A stretch of 64,000 nucleotides of DNA, taken from positions 45,330-109,329 of the forward strand of contig CAZJBV010000001.1 in assembly GCA_964544585.1 (NCBI GenBank), read 5' to 3'. Numbering within the stretch: position 1 is the first letter of the stretch; each line of letters opens with the position of its first letter. The notes beneath the pieces were generated by a model. That model was not told the DNA's origin and searched no databases. It worked only from the letters and a program-made list of their open reading frames with translations. Below are positions 55,248 through 64,000 of the stretch, one piece after another. Position numbers and translations under genes: made by a program. The stretch is from an uncultured Gammaproteobacteria bacterium. GTDB taxonomy: Bacteria > Patescibacteriota > Microgenomatia > 2-02-FULL-39-11.

Positions 55248-56152
55248 GTTGTGACCTTTTTGGAACTTGTGACAATATCGTATCTTGAGTGGTGTTTGGG
55301 TTCTATTTTGTACATAAGCCTAATCCAGGCGTTTAGGAGTAGGTAGGCGACAGTTGAGATGGGGCGGGTAATGAAAAACTTCATGAGTGTAAGAATGATG
55401 ATAGTTTTCGGGATGTAGTATTCTTGGCGTAAAAATTCCTTCGGGAAGAATTCCTCGAGTTTTTTCTTGCCATAGATATAGCGATTGCTTTGTTTTATAT
55501 GCCCTTTTATATTTTTGGGACAACGGAATTTGACATATGCTTTTTTGGCAAACGCGAATTCGAAGCCCCTTTTGATGCAGGCTAGATATGAATATGCATC
55601 TTCGGGACAATTATCCGGCCAGCGTAACTGGGTATAAAATTCTTGGGAAAATGCTCTGGCTTTACCATTGCAAAGATAAATATTGTTGCCTTTGTTTATT
55701 CTTTTAAACATGTATTGTTTTAAATGGTGACTGTTTCCTAAGAATCGTTCTAGGTGAGTCATGGGGGGTACAGTGAACGCATTTCCACCAACGAGTCCAA
55801 CTTTTTTATCCAGAAGGATTGGTTTTACAATTTCTTCAATAAAGGTTGGGCTTGCCGGAAGTACATCTGCATTGATAATGACTAAAATGTCTTCGCCTGC
55901 ATTTTTAAGTATTTCATTTTGAGCTAAGTTAACTCCTACTCTTGTTTTAAGTTCTATTAACTTAACCTTCGGGTCGGCTATTTCTTTTACTTTTTTTACG
56001 GTTTTATCCGTACTGCCGTCAGAAACGATAATAATTTTTTTTAATTTATAAGTATTAGCTTTTTGTGATAACAGAGATCGAATAAGCTCTTTGATATTAG
56101 CTTCTTCGTTGTATGCTGGAATTCCCACTGAAACTGAAATTTTTCTTTTCAT
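55244..56152 (-). CDS. GT2 glycosyltransferase
   Basis: IPAYNEE, SDGSTD, NADV, ED, Q..R. Confidence 0.9.
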   Translation of the reverse strand: MKRKISVSVGIPAYNEEANIKELIRSLLSQKANTYKLKKIIIVSDGSTDKTVKKVKEIADPKVKLIELKTRVGVNLAQNEILKNAGEDILVIINADVLPASPTFIEEIVKPILLDKKVGLVGGNAFTVPPMTHLERFLGNSHHLKQYMFKRINKGNNIYLCNGKARAFSQEFYTQLRWPDNCPEDAYSYLACIKRGFEFAFAKKAYVKFRCPKNIKGHIKQSNRYIYGKKKLEEFFPKEFLRQEYYIPKTIIILTLMKFFITRPISTVAYLLLNAWIRLMYKIEPKHHSRYDIVTSSKKVTT

Positions 56153-57054
56153 AAGTTTAGTTTTCTTTTTGTAGAATAGGCAATAGCCCAGTGGTCGGTA
56201 AATTTGGCATTATTTAGTTTGGTCTTAAGCCAGAGAGCGATTAAAAAATAAAGAATAAAATAAAGTGGGAAATAGATAAGAAATTGGAAAGTCATTAATA
56301 GCTTTAGAAGAACTGGTCGATTGTAAAATTGGTCAATACTTTCCTTTGGGAAGTATTGTCTTAAGCTGTGTATACTCGATTTTATTTTTTGTCTTTGTTT
56401 TAATAAGTCTTCCAGACTTTCGGGAGGCTGATAAAAGCAAAGAGCATCTTTAGTAAAATAAGTTTTTATATTCATTTCTTGACACCACAGATATGCAAAT
56501 ACGTCTTCAGGTACATTTAGAGGCCAGATTAGATTTTTATAGACTTTTTTTGAAAAAGCCCTTCCACCCCTACCCGTACAGGACCAGTCCGTATTCCCTC
56601 TATACTTCAAGCTTATCTGATGGTAGATATATTGTTGCGTCCCAAGAATTTTGCTTAATAAATTCTTTGAAAGCGAGGGTGAAGAGTTTCCCTGGACATA
56701 GTCGACTTGAGAATCTTTGATCATAGGCTCTAAAAGAGTTTCCAGATACCTGTTGTTTGCGGGAAGTGTATCTCCCTCAAGAAGAATAACTATGTCTGAT
56801 TCTGTCTGATGAAAAATAAGATTTTGACAATAGATTTGACCAAATCTTTCCAAATTTTTTATAAGTTTTATTTTCTTATTTCTAATTGACTTAACTTCTT
56901 CTATTGTTTTGTCATTACTACCGTCAGAAATTACAATAATTTCTTTAAGATTGAAATTGTTTTGTTTTTGACCGAGAAGTACTAAAAGCAATCTTTTAAT
57001 ATTAGCTTCTTCGTTGTATGCAGGGACACCAATGGTAATAGATGGCTTCCTCAT
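56149..57054 (-). CDS. GT2 glycosyltransferase
   Basis: VPAYNEE, SDGSND, PED; paralog of downstream gene. Confidence 0.9.
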   Translation of the reverse strand: MRKPSITIGVPAYNEEANIKRLLLVLLGQKQNNFNLKEIIVISDGSNDKTIEEVKSIRNKKIKLIKNLERFGQIYCQNLIFHQTESDIVILLEGDTLPANNRYLETLLEPMIKDSQVDYVQGNSSPSLSKNLLSKILGTQQYIYHQISLKYRGNTDWSCTGRGGRAFSKKVYKNLIWPLNVPEDVFAYLWCQEMNIKTYFTKDALCFYQPPESLEDLLKQRQKIKSSIHSLRQYFPKESIDQFYNRPVLLKLLMTFQFLIYFPLYFILYFLIALWLKTKLNNAKFTDHWAIAYSTKRKLNL

Positions 57055-58235
57055 ATTAGTTGTTGATAAATTTTATTTACTTTCATGGCGATATCATTCC
57101 ATGAATTTTTTAAGGATTTTTTTTTATTAACTTCACTCATCTTTTGCATTTTTTTTGAATTTATATTTTCTAAAACGTATTTTAAATTCTCAGCAAATTC
57201 TCTATAATTATTTGTTTCAACACAGTAGCCATTAATTCCATTTTTTACAAGAAATGGTAGATTGGTATTATTGGCAACAATGCAGATTTTTCCCTGGCTT
57301 AATCCTTCGTTTACTGCATGGCAGAAACTTTCATTTTTAGATGTGTGAATTAAAGCTTGGGCTTTTTTGATAAGATAATATTTGTCAATCTTAGTTATTA
57401 CTCCTAAAAATATAACTCTACTTTGAAGATTTAAGTCTGTTACCACTTGGTTTATCTTTTTTGCGTATTCCTTATCCATGATAGGTCCTATAATTACCAA
57501 TTTTATATTGTCTGAAAGAAGACTTAAGGCATGGATTGAAGTTTCGTAATTTTTAATCGGATGAATTCTGCCGATTTGGATAATATATCGATCAAGCCTT
57601 TTTATTTGATTTTTAATGTTGATACTGGCTAAACTATCTATATTTTCATACGCCTCTTCTTCAATACCATTTCCGATGGTTATTAATTTGGGTTTAACTA
57701 TACCTCTTTTAGATAATTCTATTTTTTCCCATTCAGATATAGGGATAAGATAATCGACAATATGATTAATAAGCAATGCGCCAAGAGTAAAATGGTATAT
57801 TTTCTTTAATAAACCGAAAAAAAATGGAAAAGTTGACCATTCAGGAGTAAAACCGCCTTGAGGGCTTAATACTAAAGTGAATTTCTTTTTACCCAAGAGT
57901 TTAAGGACATGGCTAAAACTTAATATATAAAAATGGGGGAAAACGTCAAAGTTGAATAAATGCACTATTTTTGTGTTTTGGTAGTCGATTTTGGGGAAGT
58001 AACCAAAGAACCTAAGAGGATAGCGATTAATGTTTACTCCGTCTACAACTTCAAAATCTTTTAGTACGCCTTTACTCGATAATGTATTTTTTGATGCATG
58101 CATGTTGATATTCCATCCCTTTTTATAAAGAGCTGGATAGACATTAATGAGAAATGTTTCTATACCTGCTGTCACCGGGTAATAATATCTATTGATGACA
58201 TCGATACTTAGTTTTGTATTAGTTTTTTGATTCAT
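57051..58235 (-). CDS. GT4 glycosyltransferase
   Basis: YYPVTAGIE, GRIHPIKN, ESF..AVNE. Confidence 0.85.
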   Translation of the reverse strand: MNQKTNTKLSIDVINRYYYPVTAGIETFLINVYPALYKKGWNINMHASKNTLSSKGVLKDFEVVDGVNINRYPLRFFGYFPKIDYQNTKIVHLFNFDVFPHFYILSFSHVLKLLGKKKFTLVLSPQGGFTPEWSTFPFFFGLLKKIYHFTLGALLINHIVDYLIPISEWEKIELSKRGIVKPKLITIGNGIEEEAYENIDSLASINIKNQIKRLDRYIIQIGRIHPIKNYETSIHALSLLSDNIKLVIIGPIMDKEYAKKINQVVTDLNLQSRVIFLGVITKIDKYYLIKKAQALIHTSKNESFCHAVNEGLSQGKICIVANNTNLPFLVKNGINGYCVETNNYREFAENLKYVLENINSKKMQKMSEVNKKKSLKNSWNDIAMKVNKIYQQLI

Positions 58236-59130
58236 ATATTTTTTTGGTTGATAAGTCTATTTCCCAATTGGCGTTGAGGACGCGGCTTGGGTTTAGTTTT
58301 GCAAATCTACTGATCGTAAAAATGAAAAAGTAGGCAATTGTTTTTAATGGGTGAGAAAATAATTCTTCCAACAATGCTTGAAAAATTGTCAATCTGGGAA
58401 TTTTGTATTCTTTATCTAAATTGCCGAAATAGGAAGACATTTCTTTTTTGGAATACTGGAAGCGGCTACTTTTACGCATGAATTCTTTTATCGACTGTGG
58501 ATTTTTGAAGTAAACTGAGACAGTAGGAATATATTCGTACTTTCCGCCATTTTTTTTGTTGGCAAAATAGAAATAGGCATCGGTTGTAGCTACATCATCT
58601 GGAATTTCGGCCCATGATTTGAGAAATTCTGTACGGATTGCCTCGCATCTACCTATCACAGAAAGATAGTTGTCTCCCTTTTTCCAGAGATAGGCAATTC
58701 TATTGGCTATTCTTGTTCCGACGGTTAAGATATCTTCGATCGGATGGGTGGGAGCGATTGCTTTGTTGTGGATACTAATAAATGTTGTTTGGGGATGAAG
58801 TTTGAAGCGCTCCATAATACGGGCGATGGCATAACTATCAAAGAGAACGTCGTCGTTTGTGAGTAATAAAATGTCAGTATTACATTTAGCGATAATTTGC
58901 TTTTTTTTTGGCATTTGACCGCTTTCGTATTTATTTTCAATAAGCTCGACGTTAAGTTTTTTCAATTCCTTTTTTACCTTGGGTTTGATTGGATTTCTGT
59001 CGGCGACGATAATAAAGCGAAATTTCCCTATTCCTTTGGAGTTTCTAATCGAATGAACCGTATCAAGTATTGATTCATCTCCATAGCAGGTGGTGAAGCC
59101 AACTGTAAGTGTAAGTTTTTGATTTTTCAT
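58219..59130 (-). CDS. GT2-like glycosyltransferase
   Basis: TNDDV DxD-like motif; C-terminal W...STK shared with neighbouring GT2s. Confidence 0.75.
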   Translation of the reverse strand: MKNQKLTLTVGFTTCYGDESILDTVHSIRNSKGIGKFRFIIVADRNPIKPKVKKELKKLNVELIENKYESGQMPKKKQIIAKCNTDILLLTNDDVLFDSYAIARIMERFKLHPQTTFISIHNKAIAPTHPIEDILTVGTRIANRIAYLWKKGDNYLSVIGRCEAIRTEFLKSWAEIPDDVATTDAYFYFANKKNGGKYEYIPTVSVYFKNPQSIKEFMRKSSRFQYSKKEMSSYFGNLDKEYKIPRLTIFQALLEELFSHPLKTIAYFFIFTISRFAKLNPSRVLNANWEIDLSTKKIYESKN

Positions 59131-60350
59131 AGAGATTGTTGTTCCTTCCATAATTTGTCGGAGATTCTGTTTTGGGGCAAGGAAACATGGCTAAATTTTA
59201 TGGCTGTATCTTTGGGGATATCTTTTCTTAAGATGCAATTTTCGGAAAGTCCCATTGGTAATAAGTTTTCTTTTGTTGCGACTTCTGAATTTTCGATTGT
59301 GCCGTAGCAGGTGAACCCGCCGATACCATCCAGTCTTTCTCCTTTTTTGAGATCTTTTTTGGCAATGGTAATAACGTCACAAAATTTTCCAGTGGGTGCA
59401 AGGGCGGCATCTTTGAAAAGATACGCACGGGCAACAGTGAGAGGCGCCTCAAGAGGGCTAAGATGGTAAGGAGTGTAAAATGTATACACTGGCCCATCCC
59501 CCATTTTGTAGACTTTCATGTATTTTTGACGAATAGGATTTTCGGAATATCCCAAGACAAAAACGCCAAATGATGGCTCGGCGCCGAGAATATAGTCTAC
59601 CCAGCCACGCTTTAAGAGTTTTTCGATAGGAAATAGTTTTGCGGCTTCTTCGACTCGAGCGCAGGATGGACCTGTCATACCGCGTCTGTCTACCTTAAAT
59701 CCGGTAGCATTGGCGGCAGTCGCCATTTCAAAGGAAATTTTGGTGCCATCGGCAAAAGAAGTGATGTGTTTTGGTCTTTGAAAATGAGCTCTGGCAAAAT
59801 TGGCCTGGGTCTCGGGTGTGCGATAGTGATCGATGAGGCTTTTTATATTGCCGAGTAAGATTGGCTTGAATCCCAGGGACTTGACTTCCCTATAAAGATT
59901 CATTAACTTTGCCGGTTGGTCGCCGTCGGCTTGAGAGTAAATAACGCCTTTTTTATCTGCATAGGATTTGAGAATTGGGCCTAAAGTACCATCGAGCTCG
60001 GCATTGATGAGGATAATGTGTTTTCCATTTTTGATGGCGGAGAGAGCAACTTTGGCACCAAATTCTACTTCGCCTGTAGCCTCTATAATAACATCAATAT
60101 CGCCAGATGAACACAAAAATTCTGCATTATCTGTAATTGAATACTTCTTTTGATCAAATCCGTTCTCTTGGAGCAGTTCTTTAGCATGTTCGACTGTTCT
60201 ATTAGCTACTGCAACCAGTTTAATTCCTTTTTGAAGGGTCAAAAGCTGTAAGGCAAATCCGCGGGCGGCAAAGCCTGCGCCCACCAGACCGACTCTGATC
60301 GGTTTTCCTTCAATTTCAAGTTTTTCTAATAATTTATCGATAATAATCAT
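59127..60350 (-). CDS. NAD(P)-dependent oxidoreductase with C-terminal SAF domain
   Basis: GLVGAGF, EATG, DGDQP, FADGTK, AKKDLKKGERLDGIGG, LPMGL. Confidence 0.85.
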   Translation of the reverse strand: MIIIDKLLEKLEIEGKPIRVGLVGAGFAARGFALQLLTLQKGIKLVAVANRTVEHAKELLQENGFDQKKYSITDNAEFLCSSGDIDVIIEATGEVEFGAKVALSAIKNGKHIILINAELDGTLGPILKSYADKKGVIYSQADGDQPAKLMNLYREVKSLGFKPILLGNIKSLIDHYRTPETQANFARAHFQRPKHITSFADGTKISFEMATAANATGFKVDRRGMTGPSCARVEEAAKLFPIEKLLKRGWVDYILGAEPSFGVFVLGYSENPIRQKYMKVYKMGDGPVYTFYTPYHLSPLEAPLTVARAYLFKDAALAPTGKFCDVITIAKKDLKKGERLDGIGGFTCYGTIENSEVATKENLLPMGLSENCILRKDIPKDTAIKFSHVSLPQNRISDKLWKEQQSL

Positions 60351-60359
60351 TTAAAATTA

Positions 60360-60417
60360 TCCACCATCCGAGGAGTCATGGCTTGCGCTGCCGCTTCAGC
60401 CTGCCACCTCGGAGGTG
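60360..60417. repeat. REP-like dispersed repeat, copy 1
   Basis: CCACC..GAGGAGTCATGGCTT...TTCAGCCTGCCACC..GAGGTG, matches 61982-62036. Confidence 0.75.
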
Positions 60418-60951
60418 CTCTTTTAATTGGAAATTCTCCCAACTTTTATCTTTTTGAGAAACTGTGGTCACGGGATTAGGCCAGTCTATATTGAATAAGG
60501 GATCGTCATAGCGGATACCATGCTCATATTCCTGTGAATAAAGAGCACTTGTAAGGTTTAATACTTCGGTATCGTCCTCGAGAGATAAAATAGCGTGGGC
60601 AAAGAGGGGTGGGATATAGAGCATTTTGTATTCATTGGCGTGGACAGAAAATCCGGCCCATTTTTTGTAAGTTTTAGATTTTGGGCGGAGATCGATGATA
60701 GCCTCAAAGATCGAACCTCGGGTACAGCGAATAAGTTTGGCTTCCTCTTTCGGACTTATTTGATAGTGGAATCCACGCAGTGTTCCTTTTTTTTCCGTTT
60801 TGGTCATGTAGCTTTGTTTGATGGTGAAATCTATGCCATGATGGTAAAATTCCTTCGTATCAAATGTGCGAGCGAGGAAACCACGATTATCTTCATGTCT
60901 TTGCAGATCAATAAAATAAACACCGTCAAATTTGGTGGGGATAAATTTCAT
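60376..60951 (-). CDS. NDP-4-keto-sugar 3,5-epimerase (RmlC/RfbC family)
   Basis: DNRGF, GTLRGFHYQ, DLRP.S.TY, FAH. Confidence 0.9.
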   Translation of the reverse strand: MKFIPTKFDGVYFIDLQRHEDNRGFLARTFDTKEFYHHGIDFTIKQSYMTKTEKKGTLRGFHYQISPKEEAKLIRCTRGSIFEAIIDLRPKSKTYKKWAGFSVHANEYKMLYIPPLFAHAILSLEDDTEVLNLTSALYSQEYEHGIRYDDPLFNIDWPNPVTTVSQKDKSWENFQLKEHLRGGRLKRQRKP

Positions 60952-61973
60952 ATATTTTTCCAGTAATATTTTTCATCGATTGAATTTTGGGAAAGAAGAT
61001 ATTTAATTTGTTTGATTCTGATGAATTCCTTGGACTCAAACATTTGCCGAGTAAGATTAATTTGACCAAAGAGTTTTACAAGCTCTTCTATGCCATCTTG
61101 GAGGGAAATTCTGGCTTTGAATCCGGGAAGAGCGGCCTCTATTTTTTGGAAACCGACACGATAGTTTCTTTTATCTTTGCCTTCGGGGTTTAAGCTCACT
61201 TTACAATCTGGAAGTACCCTTTTGATGGCAACTGCTATATCTTTGATTTGGTAATTGCTTTTTGAGGAGCCGACATTGAAAATCTGTCTATGAGTCTTTT
61301 GTCTTGGGCTATTGACTACCGCTATAACTGCTCTTCCAATATCTTCTGTATGAATAAATGGTCGCCAGGAGCTGCCGTCGGATTCCATTTTGATAGTTCC
61401 GGTAGTAAAAGCTATGCCGACGAGATTGTTTACTACCAGATCAAACCTCATTTTGGGAGATGGGCCAAAGGCTGTCGCCAGTCTTAGTATTACGGGAGAG
61501 AATGTTTTTGATGCTTGTTTTAAAAGATACTTTTCATTTAAGACTTTGCATTTGGCATAGGTGGTAAGAGGATTGGCAGGCGATGCCTCATCGACAATAT
61601 TGTCCGATGAACCGTAGACGCTACATGAGGAAAAATAAATAAACCTGGCTACGCCTATCTCTTTGGCCATTTTTATCAGATGAACTGTGCCTCTGTGATT
61701 TATATCCATGGTAGTTTTTGGGTCTGTTTCGCCTAGAGGATCGTTTGATAGCTCTCCCAAGTGGATAACCGCATCATAGCCAATGAGATCTTTCTTTGAT
61801 ATTTTTCTGGTATCTTTATCGATGACGATAGGTGGCTTTTTTACTCCATTGTAGAGCCAGCCGTCTCGATAGAAGCCGGTGTCAAGACCCACGATTTCAT
61901 ATCCCTGCCTCAAGAGAGCCTGGGTAAGAGGAACTCCTAGATATCCTTCTGAACCTGTGACTAATATTTTCAT
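60948..61973 (-). CDS. NAD-dependent sugar epimerase/dehydratase (extended SDR)
   Basis: TGSEGYLG, LSNDP, SSCSVYG, YAKCK, MRFDLVVN. Confidence 0.9.
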   Translation of the reverse strand: MKILVTGSEGYLGVPLTQALLRQGYEIVGLDTGFYRDGWLYNGVKKPPIVIDKDTRKISKKDLIGYDAVIHLGELSNDPLGETDPKTTMDINHRGTVHLIKMAKEIGVARFIYFSSCSVYGSSDNIVDEASPANPLTTYAKCKVLNEKYLLKQASKTFSPVILRLATAFGPSPKMRFDLVVNNLVGIAFTTGTIKMESDGSSWRPFIHTEDIGRAVIAVVNSPRQKTHRQIFNVGSSKSNYQIKDIAVAIKRVLPDCKVSLNPEGKDKRNYRVGFQKIEAALPGFKARISLQDGIEELVKLFGQINLTRQMFESKEFIRIKQIKYLLSQNSIDEKYYWKNI

Positions 61974-61981
61974 GTGATTCC

Positions 61982-62036
61982 TCCACCTCGGAGGAGTCAT
62001 GGCTTCTCTTCGTTCAGCCTGCCACCATCCGAGGTG
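61982..62036. repeat. REP-like dispersed repeat, copy 2
   Basis: matches 60360-60417 with the two CCACC-x-GAGG variants in swapped order. Confidence 0.75.
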
Positions 62037-62084
62037 TCTTTGAGCTAGTACTGTTTTAGCATTGTTATCTATTTATTAATTTTT

Positions 62085-62861
62085 TTATTTCCATAATTTC
62101 CAGGGAGCCTGACCTTCATCCCATAATTTTTCCAGAACATTTTTATCACGAAGAGTATCCATGGGATGCCAGAAACCAGTGTGTCTGTATGCGGCCAGAT
62201 TTCCTTCGTGAGCAAGCTCTCTCAGGGGTCGGCCTTCCCAGATTTCACTATCGCCGTCGATATAATCCAAAACTTGTGGTTCCAGAACAAAAAATCCGCC
62301 ATTGACCCAGGTGCCGTCGCCGGGGACTTTTTCTTTGAATGTATGGACTTTGTTTTCACCTTTTTTGATATTGATGGCCCCAAATCTTCCGGGAGGTTCA
62401 ACTGCGGTGACTGTAGCAAGAACATTTTGCGTTTTATGAAAGTCAATGAGGCTTTTTATATTTATATTAGATACTCCGTCGCCGTAAGTCAGACAAAATG
62501 TTTCGTTGCCAATATAATCTTTGACTCTTTTTAGCCTTCCACCGGTCATCGTCCCCTCTCCGGTATCGACCAGGGTAACTTTCCAATTTTCGGCGCCATT
62601 TTTGTGGACTTTTATATCATGGGTTTTTAAGTCAAAAGTGATATCGGCGTTTTTAAGGTGATAGTTGGCAAAATAATCTTTGATAATTTCGCCTTTATAG
62701 CCACAGCAGATGATAAATTCATTTATGCCGTGGTGGGAAAAAATCTTCATGATATGCCAGAGGATGGGCTTTCCGCCAATTTCGACCATGGGTTTGGGGC
62801 GGACGCCGCTTTCCTCGCTAATTCTTGTTCCGTAGCCTCCTGCTAATATGACTGCTTTCAT
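62085..62861 (-). CDS. rfbF: glucose-1-phosphate cytidylyltransferase
   Basis: [45 protein letters not shown]. Confidence 0.93.
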   Translation of the reverse strand: MKAVILAGGYGTRISEESGVRPKPMVEIGGKPILWHIMKIFSHHGINEFIICCGYKGEIIKDYFANYHLKNADITFDLKTHDIKVHKNGAENWKVTLVDTGEGTMTGGRLKRVKDYIGNETFCLTYGDGVSNINIKSLIDFHKTQNVLATVTAVEPPGRFGAINIKKGENKVHTFKEKVPGDGTWVNGGFFVLEPQVLDYIDGDSEIWEGRPLRELAHEGNLAAYRHTGFWHPMDTLRDKNVLEKLWDEGQAPWKLWK

Positions 62862-62903
62862 AAAGAATTTAGTATTATAATATATTCTATAGGTTATTTC
62901 AAT

Positions 62904-64000
62904 TTATTCGGCGATGGCGACTTTACCTGTATATATGCGTTGATAATCCTCTTTATAATTACTTCGCACAATATTTAATATTTTCTCCGCTCCCCTTTCC
63001 CAGTTGAATGTCTTTGCCCAATCATAGGCTCTTTTGGACATGTGGCGGCGGGTTTTTTCGTCGGTAAAAAGCTCTTCGATGGCTTTGGAAAATGCATTTG
63101 TGCTTTCTTGTGGAACTAGAATCCCCGTCTTTCTGTTTACAATAGAATCCCTTAGGCCTGGAACATTGGCGGCAACTACAGGGGTTCCGGAAATATTGGC
63201 TTCAATGACGGTAATTCCCCAGCCTTCGATCAGTGATGGCTGCACTAGAACCCAGGATTGTGCGAGGAGATTTGCTTTTTCTTTTTGGGAAACTTTTCCT
63301 TTGAAGGAAATGTTTTTGTGTAGACCGAGTCTGACGACGAGATTTGCTAGCTTTATTTGACTTTCCCCTTCTCCGGCGATAGTAAAGTATGCATCTTTAT
63401 ACGTTTTTAAAACTTCTGCAAATGCGTTTATTGCCAGATCAATATTTTTGTAGGGCTTTAGCCTGCCTAAATATAAAAGGGATGGGTGGGATGTTTTTTT
63501 CAGTCTGGTAAAGAGAGTAGGGTCTATGCCAGGGGAAACAACATAAATTTCCTCTTCTTTGGTAATACCCAGCTTTTGGATATCTTTTTTGGATGACTCG
63601 GAGACGGTGATAATCTTGGCATTTTTGTAACATATAGGCATAAGGCGCGATTCGATAAACATGGCAATTTTATTTAGGGGAAAATGGAGATGATTTCTAA
63701 AAACATCCTGGTGGATGTGGTGGATGAGAAGAAATCTGGGTAAGCCAACATATAAGGGCGTGAAAAAAGGGATGCCGTTTTCACTATCGATAACTACATC
63801 GTATTGCCCACGGAATTTGAAAAGATAATAAAGCATCGCCCAAATGTAAACTGTATAAAAGCCTCCGCGCCTGACGATTTTTAGGCCGTCTATGGTTTCA
63901 AATCTTTTGTGCTTTTCGTCGTTGCCACAGAAGAGAGTCACCGTATGCCCCAATGAAACCCAACGTTTGGCAAGTTCATGGATATAGACTTCGGCACCTC
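62904..64000 (-). CDS. GT4 glycosyltransferase (start beyond window end)
   Basis: frame open to window edge (GAEVYIHELAKRW...), GRLKPYK, EGWGITVIEA. Confidence 0.9.
   Translation of the reverse strand, partial: GAEVYIHELAKRWVSLGHTVTLFCGNDEKHKRFETIDGLKIVRRGGFYTVYIWAMLYYLFKFRGQYDVVIDSENGIPFFTPLYVGLPRFLLIHHIHQDVFRNHLHFPLNKIAMFIESRLMPICYKNAKIITVSESSKKDIQKLGITKEEEIYVVSPGIDPTLFTRLKKTSHPSLLYLGRLKPYKNIDLAINAFAEVLKTYKDAYFTIAGEGESQIKLANLVVRLGLHKNISFKGKVSQKEKANLLAQSWVLVQPSLIEGWGITVIEANISGTPVVAANVPGLRDSIVNRKTGILVPQESTNAFSKAIEELFTDEKTRRHMSKRAYDWAKTFNWERGAEKILNIVRSNYKEDYQRIYTGKVAIAE

Noticed and set aside
176-63633. Numerous 60-160 aa ORFs antisense to or nested in long genes
   Set aside because: Shadow frames of well-supported genes, without motifs or RBS.

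Overview
AT-rich bacterial window, mostly minus-strand. Gene content and style (class I LysRS, SIMPL, four-helix-bundle gene, sortase, GT-C clusters, near-leaderless promoters) suggest Patescibacteria/Microgenomates, which is inference. Left to right it contains: (1) a glycosyltransferase/phosphatase trio, an SPase I-CAP fusion, and serC plus a serB-serA fusion; (2) a 5.4 kb TA/Abi/AAA-ATPase array downstream of secA, punctuated by three extra copies of the last secA codons (CHYP + short tail + stop), which looks like serial cassette insertion into the secA 3' end; (3) a housekeeping run: secA, Ddl-like and MurL-like genes, serS, and class I LysRS fused to a B3/4 domain; (4) a LysW-type aminoadipate lysine operon between greA and lysS. 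It has a Lys-Lys leader-peptide attenuator, a LysW ending in EDWGQ rather than EDWGE, no lysK, and an EgtC/YafJ-like Ntn hydrolase in the lysK position; (5) an 11.2 kb serine-recombinase element in tRNA-Glu(CTC). Its att site lies inside the recombinase ORF, it carries a second intact inverted attP copy, and its cargo includes a candidate two-nuclease defence pair; (6) an LCP gene, a two-component pair, a sortase with its substrate, and a CDP-sugar/glycosyltransferase cluster. All product calls come from motif recognition by eye; no database searches were run.
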